Source of the DNA: a virus
Lineage: Duplodnaviria; Caudoviricetes
DNA length: 64,000 bases
IMG/VR virus record: IMGVR_UViG_2802428822_000002
Location: 1-64,000 of that record
Strand: one strand, 5' to 3'
Under the pieces are notes generated by a model, which saw only the letters and a program-made list of their open reading frames with translations, ran no database searches and was not told the origin of the DNA. Shown in pieces: positions 29,986 through 40,429 of this stretch. Within the stretch, counting starts at the first letter, position 1. Every line of letters starts with the position of its first letter. The translations under genes were made by a program, and so were the position numbers.

Positions 29986-30467
29986 CCTATCGTTCTGATC
30001 GCAAAATCGTCCAGGAACTTCTTCCAGTCCGCCTCTTTGCAATCGTCATTGCAGAAGGGATTGATCAGCCGGAAGGTGATGACGCCCGCCAACTCCTTGC
30101 ATGGCTGCGCGAGGCGCAAGATGAGATCCTGAGAGGCATAGAGCCAATCAAGGCTGACGCGCTCCTCCGCCGCACTCGACGGGCCGTGGAAGTGGCAAAG
30201 AAGCCATTTGTGGAAGCCAAAGCCGCGGTCGCGAAGTTTGGGCTTTGCATCTTCTATCTGTTGGACTGCCTTCGTCGCAACGGAGTCTTCGGGATCGTCG
30301 ACGACAGTTCTTTGGATAAGGCCATCACCGCCATCCTGGCGCCGGAAGGCACAGTTACCGAATTTGCCAATATCCCCAAGGTTGACTCGTCCGCTCAAAA
30401 GCAGGCGAGACACATGCTCGAGGCGATGCAGGCAGATGGTTATTTCCGGGGAGTTGTGTGGGCGTGA
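29982..30467 (+). CDS. hypothetical protein
   Basis: 161 aa coupled ORF. Confidence 0.7.
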   Translation: MTYRSDRKIVQELLPVRLFAIVIAEGIDQPEGDDARQLLAWLREAQDEILRGIEPIKADALLRRTRRAVEVAKKPFVEAKAAVAKFGLCIFYLLDCLRRNGVFGIVDDSSLDKAITAILAPEGTVTEFANIPKVDSSAQKQARHMLEAMQADGYFRGVVWA

Positions 30468-32125
30468 CAGTCAAAGTCCCGACATACGGCCGGCTGCAGT
30501 TTCAAGGAAATCGCTGGGTGCTTTCGGAAATCCCTCCGCACGTTGCTATTCGGCTGAAAGCGATGTTCCCGCGCGTACCGAAGCACCAGACTGGTGTCTT
30601 CGATTTGCCGACCACTGACTCTATGTCCGCGGATCTCCAATGGTTCATCCAGAGGTATCCGATGGATGTTTCATCCGCTGACATGGAACGTCTCCAGTTG
30701 GGGACATCGCAATTCGAGGCCGATCGTATCCGGACAGAAGAGATTCTCATGCCTGATTGGCAGGCGCCGTCCAAACATGGATTTCGCCCCGGTTACGATG
30801 CCTATCATTTTCAGAAGCAGGCGGCTGAACTTTGGCTGCGAAAGAAGGGGTTGCTGCTAGGCGATGACGTCGGTCTTGGTAAGACGATCAGTGCGCTTTA
30901 TGGCCTGGCGGGATCTCGTTATCTTCCGGCTGCAGTCGTGGTTCAGGCTCACCTTCCAACGCAATGGGTGAACGAATACATTGTGCCGTTCACTTACATG
31001 ACAGCCCACATTGTCGACGGTACCAAACCATACAGCCTGCCGGCGGCGAACCTATACGTTTTCAAGTATTCGAACATCCACGGATGGTCTGATATTGCCG
31101 GGACAGGCTTCTTCAAGGCGGTCGTCTATGACGAAATTCAGGAGCTTCGCAATGGCCTCGACACGTCGAAAGGTAAAGCGGCTGACGTTTTCTCGAATAA
31201 CGCCGAACTCCGCCTCGGAGCCAGTGCAACGCCGGTCTTCAATTACGGTTCTGAGATCTGGAACATCTACCAGTTCATCGACAAGGACGTGCTTGGCCCT
31301 TGGGAAGAGTTCGTTCGTGAATGGTGCAAGTCCGGTCCAGGCGGAAAATGGCTCGTAGCTGATCCAGATGCGCTCGGATCGTATCTGCGAGAAAGCCAAG
31401 TTTTCCTTCGCCGGCTTCGGCAGGGTCGCACGATCAACACGATCCCGATCGAAGTCGACTTTGACCAGAAGATCGCGGACGATGCCGAAAAGCTGGCACG
31501 TGTACTTGCGCAGAAAGTGATGACTGGTTCGTTCGTCGAAGCCGGCGTGGCTGCACGCGAGCTCGACGCATTCGCTCGTCTTCAGACCGGACTTGCCAAA
31601 GCCAAGAGCGTCGCTGTCCTGGCGAAGATGTATCTCAAGCAGGGCATCCCGATACTGCTCGCTGGTTGGCATCGCCGGGTGTATGAAATTTGGCAAGAAG
31701 AACTCAAAGAGTTCAATCCGATGCTCTACACGGGCTCGGAGAGCGCCAAGCAGAAAGACAGGGTGAAGAAGGCGTTCATTAACGGCGAGTCCGATTGCAT
31801 TCTGATTTCTTTGCGGTCAGGCGCCGGCCTAGATGGTCTTCAGAAGCGTTGTTCTACCGTGATCATCGGTGAAGCGGATTGGGCTCCAGCCGTCGTTACA
31901 CAGCTCGTCGGCCGCGTTGACCGGCCTGGGCAAGAGGCTGACGAAATCACCGTCATCTACCCATATGTCAATTACGGCTCTGACCCGACCATGATGGCGG
32001 TAAATGCCGTGAAGAAAGATCAGGCGCGCGGCATCAATGATCCTGGCCTGGAGATGCCGGCAGTCTACAGCGATGAATCCCGCTTCAAGATGCTCGCCAA
32101 GCAATTCCTGAAGGAAGAAGCATGA
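30458..32125 (+). CDS. SNF2-family helicase
   Basis: GDDVGLGKT, DEIQ, SATP, GAGLDGLQ, QLVGRVDRPGQ. Confidence 0.92.
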   Translation: MGVTVKVPTYGRLQFQGNRWVLSEIPPHVAIRLKAMFPRVPKHQTGVFDLPTTDSMSADLQWFIQRYPMDVSSADMERLQLGTSQFEADRIRTEEILMPDWQAPSKHGFRPGYDAYHFQKQAAELWLRKKGLLLGDDVGLGKTISALYGLAGSRYLPAAVVVQAHLPTQWVNEYIVPFTYMTAHIVDGTKPYSLPAANLYVFKYSNIHGWSDIAGTGFFKAVVYDEIQELRNGLDTSKGKAADVFSNNAELRLGASATPVFNYGSEIWNIYQFIDKDVLGPWEEFVREWCKSGPGGKWLVADPDALGSYLRESQVFLRRLRQGRTINTIPIEVDFDQKIADDAEKLARVLAQKVMTGSFVEAGVAARELDAFARLQTGLAKAKSVAVLAKMYLKQGIPILLAGWHRRVYEIWQEELKEFNPMLYTGSESAKQKDRVKKAFINGESDCILISLRSGAGLDGLQKRCSTVIIGEADWAPAVVTQLVGRVDRPGQEADEITVIYPYVNYGSDPTMMAVNAVKKDQARGINDPGLEMPAVYSDESRFKMLAKQFLKEEA

Positions 32126-33258
32126 GCCGGTACGTCGACGACAGCGCAGAACTGGCGAAGCGACTCGAGGATGACATCGAGGCCGTCATCAGCAAATATT
32201 GGCCGACTTGGGTCAAGAGTCGCGTTAAGTCGCAGGACGTGGCCCTTTTGACGCCTCGCATCAAGGATAAGCAAAAACGCCCCACGTCCAGCTTCACAGT
32301 CAATCTCAGCGGCGATCGACGCGGGCAGTGGTATCGATTTAGCCAATCCGTGGGCGGAGGTTCTCTGGCGCTATTATTTTACGGAAAGCACGGAAACGTT
32401 CCGAGCAGTAAGAGCGATTGGGCTGACGCCTATGCCATGGCTCGCGAATTCTTGGGTATTACCCAACATCGTGAGGAAACCGCAGACGATCGTGCAGAGC
32501 TCGACAAACGGCGCGACCAGGAGAAGAAGGATCGGGAAGATCGCGATCGTCGCGAGACTGAGAAACGAGCGCAACGCGACGCTAGACGGACATTTTCCGC
32601 TCAGGAGATATGGAGCGAAGCGCAGCCACTCCGTGGTTCGCAGGGGGAGGCATATTTGGTTGGCCGCGGAATCCCGCCAATAGAGGCCTGGCCATGGGAC
32701 TGCTCTAATACGCTCCGATTCCATCCGTCACTCGACTACGAGCTCGATCGCACCGTTGGCCGCATGCCGGCTGTTGTTGCTGCCGTCCTCGACCCGTTCG
32801 GGAAGTTGATCGCTGTCTGGCAGATCTACATGGATCAGCGGAAGCCTGTCAAAGCCGCGATCGAGAATCCGAAAGTCGGTCGCGGTCCTGCTGCCGGCGG
32901 CGCCGTGCGGGTCGGCGGCGATGCCGAACGAGTCGGAGGGTGCGAAGGCCTTGAGACTGGCGTCGCCATCTGGGCGCTTGAGGGGTTCCGGATGCCCATT
33001 TGGCCGATGCTTTCGACGTCCGGGATGATGGCGTTTGAACCGCCCATTTTTCTGAAGCGTCTGTCGATCTTTCACGACGGCGACAAAGGTCTCTTCCAGA
33101 ACGGTCGCCTTCTCAAACCGCCAGGACAGAATGCCGGCGACGTCTTAGCCGAGCGGATGGCAGCCATTGGCGTCGGCACCAACAGAAATGAAATGCCAAT
33201 TCTGGGTGATGGATTGGATCTCTTGCAGACGAGGAATGAAATTGAGCGAACGAAATAA
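32122..33258 (+). CDS. phage primase (Toprim)
   Basis: YLVGRGI, LRFHP, CEGLETG, FHDGD. Confidence 0.85.
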   Translation: MSRYVDDSAELAKRLEDDIEAVISKYWPTWVKSRVKSQDVALLTPRIKDKQKRPTSSFTVNLSGDRRGQWYRFSQSVGGGSLALLFYGKHGNVPSSKSDWADAYAMAREFLGITQHREETADDRAELDKRRDQEKKDREDRDRRETEKRAQRDARRTFSAQEIWSEAQPLRGSQGEAYLVGRGIPPIEAWPWDCSNTLRFHPSLDYELDRTVGRMPAVVAAVLDPFGKLIAVWQIYMDQRKPVKAAIENPKVGRGPAAGGAVRVGGDAERVGGCEGLETGVAIWALEGFRMPIWPMLSTSGMMAFEPPIFLKRLSIFHDGDKGLFQNGRLLKPPGQNAGDVLAERMAAIGVGTNRNEMPILGDGLDLLQTRNEIERTK

Positions 33259-34633
33259 GTCACGTGAGAGAAGCCAACCCGCAACTCTAACGAATGCCGA
33301 TGCTGAGAAGATTGTAATCGGCAAGATACTGCAGAGTGAAGCGACGTACTGGCAGATCAATGGAACAATCCAGGGGTTCCATTTCTCCGTTGAGATATTC
33401 CAGACCATCTTTGATGCCTATCGACTGATTGTGATGGATGGAAAGAAGCCGACGCTGTCTTTGTTGCAAAGTCGGGTAGGGCCGGAATATGGCGATGGTT
33501 CGTCGACCATGACTCTTATGACGGCGCTCATTCGGAATACCGCTGAGATCGAAGATATTTCGAACGAGGTGACGAAAGTCATCGAGATGTGGCAGCGCCG
33601 GCGGACGATTGAGATTTGCGAGCAGTTTGTGAAGGAGGCTAAGAAAGCAGATACCGATACCTGCTTTATGCTGTCTGATCTCGAGAATTGTGTGAAGGAT
33701 GTCTCCGTCAACAGTCAGGCGGAACCCCTGAAGACAATGGGGGATATCGTCACGAGAGTAATAAACAGTTCGATGAAAACGAGGGAAACGGGAGTCTCTC
33801 CCGGGTTCGATACGGGCCTCGCATCATTGGATCAGATCCTCGGTAGAATTTTCCCTGGTGATTTGGGTTTCATCGGCGCTCGCCCCGGCGATGGCAAGAC
33901 GGTTCTTGGTCTGCAATTGCTGGATCGTATTCAGGAAGATTATGGTCCAGTTTGTTTCTTCTCTCTCGAAATGCGCGATGAAGATCTTGGTCGTAGATCA
34001 CTTGCCGGCCGTTCAGGTGTGTCAGTCGCTGGAATCGAGGAAGGGACGTACGATGCATTCGAACTAGAAGAGTTGCGGGCCGCACAGAAGTTCTTTATGA
34101 ATTCGCGCATGCTGGTCGATGATAGGCCAGGTATTCGATTAGATCAGTTCCGTGATCGTTGCGTCGTCCTCAAACGATCCCGTGGCCTCAAGGCAGCCGC
34201 CATTGACCACATTCGTCTAATGAAAGCTCTCGGGAAGTTCGGCAATCGTTTTGATCGAGTCGAGTATATAACCGGGACGCTGAAGGAAATTGCGAAAGAC
34301 GTCGGTATCGCCATTGTCGCTTTGTCACAGGTAACGCGCTCCTCACAGAGAAGGGACGATCCAAGGCCACAACTCAATGATTTCGACGGAGGATCAAGCA
34401 TTGAACAGGATGCCGATTGGGCAATTAGTTTGTTCAGGCGAGATCGTTGGCTTCGGCAGCAGAAACCACACGACATGGAGAGTCCCGATGGCAAAGAATG
34501 GGCCGAGAAACTTGCAAGGTGCAAAGGAATGATCGAGGTCTCTATTCCGAAACGCCGCAGAGGCGAGGATGGGGGGATTTGTGAGTTGAAATTCGACGGC
34601 AAGGCAAGCCTGTTGCGTGAAAAGGAGCGTTGA
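33236..34633 (+). CDS. dnaB: DnaB-like replicative helicase
   Basis: GARPGDGKT, FSLEM, ALSQ, SIEQDAD, KRRRG. Confidence 0.93.
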   Translation: MKLSERNKSRERSQPATLTNADAEKIVIGKILQSEATYWQINGTIQGFHFSVEIFQTIFDAYRLIVMDGKKPTLSLLQSRVGPEYGDGSSTMTLMTALIRNTAEIEDISNEVTKVIEMWQRRRTIEICEQFVKEAKKADTDTCFMLSDLENCVKDVSVNSQAEPLKTMGDIVTRVINSSMKTRETGVSPGFDTGLASLDQILGRIFPGDLGFIGARPGDGKTVLGLQLLDRIQEDYGPVCFFSLEMRDEDLGRRSLAGRSGVSVAGIEEGTYDAFELEELRAAQKFFMNSRMLVDDRPGIRLDQFRDRCVVLKRSRGLKAAAIDHIRLMKALGKFGNRFDRVEYITGTLKEIAKDVGIAIVALSQVTRSSQRRDDPRPQLNDFDGGSSIEQDADWAISLFRRDRWLRQQKPHDMESPDGKEWAEKLARCKGMIEVSIPKRRRGEDGGICELKFDGKASLLREKER

Positions 34634-35616
34634 TCATGGATATGACTAAGCTCACGCCTTTGGAATTCTGCATCATCGTGACCTGGATTCATGGATGGAC
34701 GATCAAGAAAATCCACCTGAGCCTCGCAAAGCGTCATGGGAAGACAGAACACGCCGTTCGGGGGATCATCAACAAAATCCCGAACCGACGCCAGGCTATG
34801 AACAAAGCCGACCGGCAAACATTCCTTGATGGACTGAAGGCTAGTCGTATCGATGATGGGATGCTGCCTGCAGATTATTTCGTCGCGAAGTCTCTGAATT
34901 CGGACCAAAAGAAAAAGGCAATCGTTACCGTCGAGAAGAAAGCTAAAGTGAAGCCGGAGACTTTACCAGAGCCAGATCCCAAAACGCGCGCCGGCCGGAG
35001 GGAAATTAAGCGGAGAAGGGAGGAGGTGGAACGAAAGAAGCGGGAAGCCGAAACCCAGCAGGCCAGGCGTGAGGCGGGGCATGCTCCACGTGGCGTGGAA
35101 TCGACGCCTCTGGAATATCTCTATAACGAGAAGATGCTTTCAAACCCGAAGGGACAAGGGGAGGAGAAGGAGAAGGCGAACAACGCTATGCGCCGTTACG
35201 AGGCTGGTGTTCGCCTGAGATCGATGATGGAGTCGATCTATGGTTCCGGTATCAAATCACCGGACTACGAAAGTGCCGGCGGAGGAGGAGGGGCCGGTGT
35301 CGTTATTCACGCCGTGGTGGCGGAGAATATCAAGAATGTCGAATCGATAAAATCAATGTTGCAGATGGAATGGTACCACATGCTGGAGCATCTGCTTTTG
35401 CGTGGACTGTTCGTTTGGCAAATCCCCAGCAAGAAAGGTGCGGATCTCGTATTGTCAGAAATCCGTGAGTCGCTCGACAAAGTTTCGCTCTTTCTCGGGA
35501 CGATGCCAGGGGATAAGGATGCGGAAATCCCCAAGCGGGCCGATCGCAAAGCGGTTCGGGAGTCGATTTACGCGGCGCGCGATGCTATCGCCAAGGCGCA
35601 GCGGCAAGCCGGATAG
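34630..35616 (+). CDS. hypothetical protein (last gene of replication operon; possible regulator)
   Basis: 328 aa, SD AGGAG. Confidence 0.7.
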   Translation: MIMDMTKLTPLEFCIIVTWIHGWTIKKIHLSLAKRHGKTEHAVRGIINKIPNRRQAMNKADRQTFLDGLKASRIDDGMLPADYFVAKSLNSDQKKKAIVTVEKKAKVKPETLPEPDPKTRAGRREIKRRREEVERKKREAETQQARREAGHAPRGVESTPLEYLYNEKMLSNPKGQGEEKEKANNAMRRYEAGVRLRSMMESIYGSGIKSPDYESAGGGGGAGVVIHAVVAENIKNVESIKSMLQMEWYHMLEHLLLRGLFVWQIPSKKGADLVLSEIRESLDKVSLFLGTMPGDKDAEIPKRADRKAVRESIYAARDAIAKAQRQAG

Positions 35617-35649
35617 TGTCGCGCCGGCCTTATTTGAACCGGCGCGAGG

Positions 35650-36183
35650 TCAACGCTTTTCGGAATAGTGCGTCGTCACAGAATCCGTGACGGTTTCAGC
35701 GATGTCGATGTTCTTCGGATCAGCCTTGAAGAGCTCGAGCAGAACACGGACAGGATGGGGCGCGAGCTCTTCCTGTCCTTTTTCATTAACGCCATTCATC
35801 CAATCCGTCAGACGTCTCTCGCTCGTTCCGTACAGATAAGCGAGGAGCGTCCAGGTGATGCCGACTTCGCTCACCAATATCTTCAGCTCCTGCGACGTCA
35901 GCTTTTGATATCTTTCGCTTTTTCCAGACCGACCGATTGTGCGCAGGCGTGGCGTGTTGAGGATATCGAACAGCCGTTTTGAGGCGGCCGCGACTGCTGA
36001 GTCCTCATTGGAAAAAATCCTAAGCCGATTGGTTTCAGGATCTCGAACGAGTCCTGGCGCAAGTCCTGGCGCGCGGTATACGCCGATGTAACCGGGTCCG
36101 TCCGCATTCTCGATAGCTTCGGCACCATAGAGGATGTCGAGTTTTTTGGGCTCTGCGCCCGATTTTGAGTTGTGTTCTTTCAC
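35650..36183 (-). CDS. hypothetical protein with C-terminal HTH
   Basis: GTG start after GGGGAG; LAYLYGTSERRLTDW. Confidence 0.7.
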   Translation of the reverse strand: MKEHNSKSGAEPKKLDILYGAEAIENADGPGYIGVYRAPGLAPGLVRDPETNRLRIFSNEDSAVAAASKRLFDILNTPRLRTIGRSGKSERYQKLTSQELKILVSEVGITWTLLAYLYGTSERRLTDWMNGVNEKGQEELAPHPVRVLLELFKADPKNIDIAETVTDSVTTHYSEKR

Positions 36184-36224
36184 GTCGATCTCCCCTGCGG
36201 CCACGATTGGCTTGCCCTGTTATG

Positions 36225-36644
36225 TCAGGCGAAGCGCCCTGTGTAAACTGTGCCTGACTTTGCGGTTGCGATAGCTTCCCTGATGTCGGCCTCTCGCGCT
36301 TTCTTTGCCTCTCCGACGAATGTCTCGCTATTGGGAATAGCAACAATCGCTGCCTTCAGCGACTTGGCATCGTCACGAGTGAATTCGGATCTTGCCATCG
36401 GCTTGACGACGATATCCAGCCATTCCTGCTTTATCTCGTCGAGTGTGAGGCTGCGATCGTCCAAATAGCGCTTGCTGGCGAAGTCTCGAAAATCTTCCAG
36501 CTTCCGCCTGAGGTAAATTTCGTGCGCTGCGACAGCGTAGGGAGCGATCGCGCCAGACCTTTGGTGATACAGCGCGATCTGGCGGATCCTGCGGCGATAT
36601 CGCACGTCGGCAAGCCATTCGCGAATTGCGGAAGTGATTTTCAT
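36225..36644 (-). CDS. hypothetical protein
   Basis: 139 aa, ATGA-coupled. Confidence 0.7.
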   Translation of the reverse strand: MKITSAIREWLADVRYRRRIRQIALYHQRSGAIAPYAVAAHEIYLRRKLEDFRDFASKRYLDDRSLTLDEIKQEWLDIVVKPMARSEFTRDDAKSLKAAIVAIPNSETFVGEAKKAREADIREAIATAKSGTVYTGRFA

Positions 36645-36922
36645 CCGATCGTTCCCTCGTCGACAAATCGCTGCAGGTGAGGGAGCAGCTCGCGGACCAT
36701 GTCACGCGTCAGATGCATGCGTGTGTTGGCTACGTATCCTTCAGGCATCTCGACCGGCTGCCAGCTTTGGCCGGGTACGAGAACCTGTGGATTGGCTTTA
36801 TTGCAGCCAAGCCATATTGCCTCCTCATTGGCGAGACTGCTTTCCTGGAGGCTGCATTCCACGCCGTTACGGTCGGTGAATTCGATGCGGCCAAAACCGC
36901 GGTTGGTGAATTCTATCTTCAT
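36641..36922 (-). CDS. conserved hypothetical phage protein
   Basis: TNRGF..F.D..G..CSLQESSLA..IWLG..RMHL motif. Confidence 0.8.
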   Translation of the reverse strand: MKIEFTNRGFGRIEFTDRNGVECSLQESSLANEEAIWLGCNKANPQVLVPGQSWQPVEMPEGYVANTRMHLTRDMVRELLPHLQRFVDEGTIG

Positions 36923-36944
36923 TTCCTGGGTTCCTTTTAATTCC

Positions 36945-38528
36945 TCAGTAGTGGCTGACTGGGCGGCCGCTCTTGTAGACCTTCAAAAAGACCGTGTTGA
37001 CGTAAGTTCCGGACTCGGCGAATGAACCTGGTGGAAGATCGAAGAAACGCCCCTTCATCTTATTGATTACGAGATCACGGAACGCGGCGCTCTTCTTGTC
37101 CTCGCGGAACTCCACGCCTGCCGACATGATGGCCACGAGCGTTCCGTTGTCCTTCAGGAACTTCAATGCGTGGTGGACGTGATCGATATCTCTCAGCATA
37201 TCGAACGGAGGGTTCATCACCACGTAATCGTAGAGGCCAGTCGTCGTCGGCGAGAGCGTCAGAAAGTCCTGATTGTAGACTCGCCGGTAGACGCCTTCCG
37301 CCTTCAAGCCGTCGGCAAGGTGAGGCTGAAGCTCGACGCATTCGACGGCGTGATCATAGCGGTATTCGTGCTCATACCGCGCGCGGCCGCCGGACCCCCC
37401 ATCGAGCTCCTCAATCGAGCGCAGGCAGCGGCGCGCCAGCTGGCCTGTGCCAGCGGACGGCTCAAGAATGCGCATCTGCGGCTCATCGCGCTTGCGTAGC
37501 AGCGAAACCTGGCGGAAAACCTCGTCAACCGTCTTGTCTGGTGTCGGGAAAAAGCCGAAACGCTTAGCAGGCGTGACAGCCTTGCTCTGCAACGGATCTT
37601 CCTCTGCCTGGCCGCCGTCAGGCAGAACCTCGCCGTAATAGAAAGCGAGCGCCTTGTTGACGTCCTTCACCAAATCCTTGCGGATCATCCAAAGATGCGC
37701 GTTGCCGTTCTTGAACACGCGGATCTTGAAATATGGCGTCTCAACCTCGCACTGAGCCGGACGATTGAAACCAAGACGGATAGCGTCGATCGATCCGATG
37801 GCGCCTGCATAAGTGGCACGTGGAGGCTTCTTGCCGTCCATGATGGTGAAGACGCGCTCGATATCGATCAGCGTATCGCGCGCCGTGTTGCCGCGTCCGC
37901 TTCCCCAATTCCAGCCGCCGCTGTCGGTGAAAGCATAGGTGAGGATGATGCGGGCGCCGATCTTGAAACCGTCATGGCTCTTGAAGCGGCGATCTAGTTT
38001 CGAAAAAGCGTTGGCGATGCCGCGTAGCCAAATCGTGCCGGCGTCCGCCATGAACTGGTCAAGCGTTGCATTCAGATTTTCGACGGTGACGGGCGGCATT
38101 CCTGCATCGATCTCATCCTGATTAATGATTGCGCCCGTGGTGTAATCGCGCCTCTCAGGAACATAGGCCATCTGCTTGCGTAGCTTGTTCTTCGCCTCGA
38201 TGTCCATCAGCGCTTCAAGTTCGGTGCGCTCGATCAGATACGCCCAGGTCTTCAACTGCATGATGCGTCGCGCCGCGCGCATGTAATCCTCGCGCTCCGG
38301 AAGCTGGAGAGCATGAGCGAAAGCCTTGATTTCATTGATGTGATTGCTGGTGTAGCCGTTGCGGTCAAGCGTCGGGGAAATGGTGCGTTCGATCGCGTTC
38401 GCAGCGCATAGCGCCTGCTGAGCTATTTCCATCTTCGCATAAGCGTCTGCGTAAAGTTCAATCGTCTTGTCGTGCGCTGCGACGATTGCTTCGATGTTCG
38501 GGCGGACTGCGATCTGGTTCAATTTCAA
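36945..38528 (-). CDS. DUF4942-domain SAM-dependent (N6-adenine-type) DNA methyltransferase
   Basis: FKNGNAH, FFPTP, LEPSAGTG, MNPPF. Confidence 0.88.
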   Translation of the reverse strand: MKLNQIAVRPNIEAIVAAHDKTIELYADAYAKMEIAQQALCAANAIERTISPTLDRNGYTSNHINEIKAFAHALQLPEREDYMRAARRIMQLKTWAYLIERTELEALMDIEAKNKLRKQMAYVPERRDYTTGAIINQDEIDAGMPPVTVENLNATLDQFMADAGTIWLRGIANAFSKLDRRFKSHDGFKIGARIILTYAFTDSGGWNWGSGRGNTARDTLIDIERVFTIMDGKKPPRATYAGAIGSIDAIRLGFNRPAQCEVETPYFKIRVFKNGNAHLWMIRKDLVKDVNKALAFYYGEVLPDGGQAEEDPLQSKAVTPAKRFGFFPTPDKTVDEVFRQVSLLRKRDEPQMRILEPSAGTGQLARRCLRSIEELDGGSGGRARYEHEYRYDHAVECVELQPHLADGLKAEGVYRRVYNQDFLTLSPTTTGLYDYVVMNPPFDMLRDIDHVHHALKFLKDNGTLVAIMSAGVEFREDKKSAAFRDLVINKMKGRFFDLPPGSFAESGTYVNTVFLKVYKSGRPVSHY

Positions 38529-38694
38529 TCTCCTTCAGTGCCACGATTGGCTGATCAGGCTTCCCAATCCACGCCGGCAGAGAACCGCCGCCATGGTTTC
38601 CATTTCCAGTAATTGCCCTTGAGATGGCACCACATCATCCAGAATGGGCCGATCTGGAATTCGTAGGCGGTTGCGCCTCGGAACCATATAATCT

Positions 38695-39825
38695 TCATTT
38701 GGGACCATTCGTTGCGGTGGCGGCAAAGGCAGAGACGATTCCCTCAGGTAGGAGGACGTTGGGCATCCAGCACAACGGCTTGACGTCGCCGCGATGAACC
38801 GCGTTCCACTGCCCATTCTGGAAAGCGCCCTGCACGGAATAGATGAAGGCACCTTCCTTCACCGCGAGAATGCAATGCTTTCCGTCCTTCGGCGCGGTAT
38901 CCATTGACTGCCACGCCACCGGCTCGGCTACCGCTGGCTGCGGGGTTGCGTAGTAAGCTTGCGCAGGGAACTCGTCCTGACCGAACGCCATAAGGTCCGG
39001 TGCTTCTTTCCCATTCAGCAGCCAGTCGTACAGGGCGACGTGGTAAGCTGCCTTGTACTCTTCGCGGAACATGTGCGGCGTGACCTCACGATCTCCCTTT
39101 CGGATCGATACGAAGTAATCAGTGCGCCCATCAGACAAGCGCATCGGCTTGACGCTGCATGCCACCGGCTCCGCCTCTACAGTGTGTGTCTGTGCGGGAG
39201 CGGCCATCCGCAAATGGTGAGCGAAAGAACGGTTTAATGAGGCGACTAATGCCTCCGCTCTTTCCCTGGTATCCAGTGGGAGTGTAACGCCAGAAGCAGC
39301 ATCCCTCGCGCTGAACCAATGACGTTCTCCGTCCGATGAACGCGACACGTGGAAAGGTCCGTCAGACTCTTCCGCCTCTACAGGGTGTGGAGCGGCGAGG
39401 GCGGAGAGGATGGCATGCCAGACGTTATGAACGGTGGCCTCCTCGCTCTCATTCGACCAATCAACAGCTAGCGCGGCGGCAACCATTTCTGGCGTAGCAT
39501 CTTCCGGCACCTTCACCGCCTCACGTTGCTGGGACGCGGCGGCCGCTGGCATTTCCATTTCAACGATCTCGACAAAGCCGTCACGATCGTCGCTCAATTC
39601 GTCCGTCTCGGGATCGAGTCCCAACTCTTCCATGCGGGCGGCGCGAGCTTCTTCGAGGCTCGCCTTCCAATTGGCAGCCGTCGCGCTGTTATCCAGGTCA
39701 ACTTCCTCTCGCAGGATATTGACCATTGAAGCGGCTTCCGCGTTCGCTTGTTCGAGTGACGGGAACGGCTTCATCGGTTTTCCTGGAACGGTGAAGCTTC
39801 CACCCGTGACGAGATAGATTTTCAT
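38695..39825 (-). CDS. mosaic hypothetical protein with C-terminal DUF551-like domain
   Basis: WQSMDTAPKDG; SD AGGAG; preceded by hairpin motif. Confidence 0.75.
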   Translation of the reverse strand: MKIYLVTGGSFTVPGKPMKPFPSLEQANAEAASMVNILREEVDLDNSATAANWKASLEEARAARMEELGLDPETDELSDDRDGFVEIVEMEMPAAAASQQREAVKVPEDATPEMVAAALAVDWSNESEEATVHNVWHAILSALAAPHPVEAEESDGPFHVSRSSDGERHWFSARDAASGVTLPLDTRERAEALVASLNRSFAHHLRMAAPAQTHTVEAEPVACSVKPMRLSDGRTDYFVSIRKGDREVTPHMFREEYKAAYHVALYDWLLNGKEAPDLMAFGQDEFPAQAYYATPQPAVAEPVAWQSMDTAPKDGKHCILAVKEGAFIYSVQGAFQNGQWNAVHRGDVKPLCWMPNVLLPEGIVSAFAATATNGPK

Positions 39826-39865
39826 AGCGTCGGTCTCCTAATGTGAGCACGGTTGCTCGTGTTGG

Positions 39866-40039
39866 TTAGTCACCAAAGACGCCTTTGCGGACGTCTTCCC
39901 AATACATCGCGCAATGGCGGCAGTGCGGACCGTCGCCATGCTCTTCAATCATCTTGTCGCATGACTCGCATTTCCATGACCGCTCTTCAGCGGCCACAGA
40001 TTCAGCGTCTTGACGGCGGATCTTGATTGCCTGGCGCAT
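39866..40039 (-). CDS. small zinc-finger protein (57 aa, below ORF-track cutoff)
   Basis: MRQAIK..CESC..CRHC; fills gap in operon. Confidence 0.55.
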   Translation of the reverse strand: MRQAIKIRRQDAESVAAEERSWKCESCDKMIEEHGDGPHCRHCAMYWEDVRKGVFGD

Positions 40040-40045
40040 GGATGG

Positions 40046-40318
40046 CTAGCCGCCGCAGCGCCCTTTGAGTTTGGCGATCTCCTGCTTGTGATCCTTCTGG
40101 CCCATGCTGCCGACTGGCAGGCCGATGATGAAGACGCCGAGAGCATCATTGCGCGCCATTTTCCCCTGCTGTTCCGAAAGCTGATTGAGGCGCTTCATGT
40201 CAGCTGGAGAACACGGCTGGCCATCGGAGGCAGACGGTTTGATGCGGTCAGGCGGAGTCGCGCAGGCAGCAAGGCTGGCCATAAGTGACATTGTGAGGAT
40301 TAGAGAGATTTTTTTCAT
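40046..40318 (-). CDS. lipoprotein
   Basis: MKKISLILTMSLMASLAAC lipobox; SD AGGAG. Confidence 0.75.
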   Translation of the reverse strand: MKKISLILTMSLMASLAACATPPDRIKPSASDGQPCSPADMKRLNQLSEQQGKMARNDALGVFIIGLPVGSMGQKDHKQEIAKLKGRCGG

Positions 40319-40429
40319 GAGGTAAAACTCCTTTCGTTGCGAGTGCGCGCGAATCCATCCGCCCGGGCGCCTGGCGGCATCTGATAAGAGTGGCGGCGCG
40401 TTTGGTGCGCCGCCGGGTGGCTGCAACTG

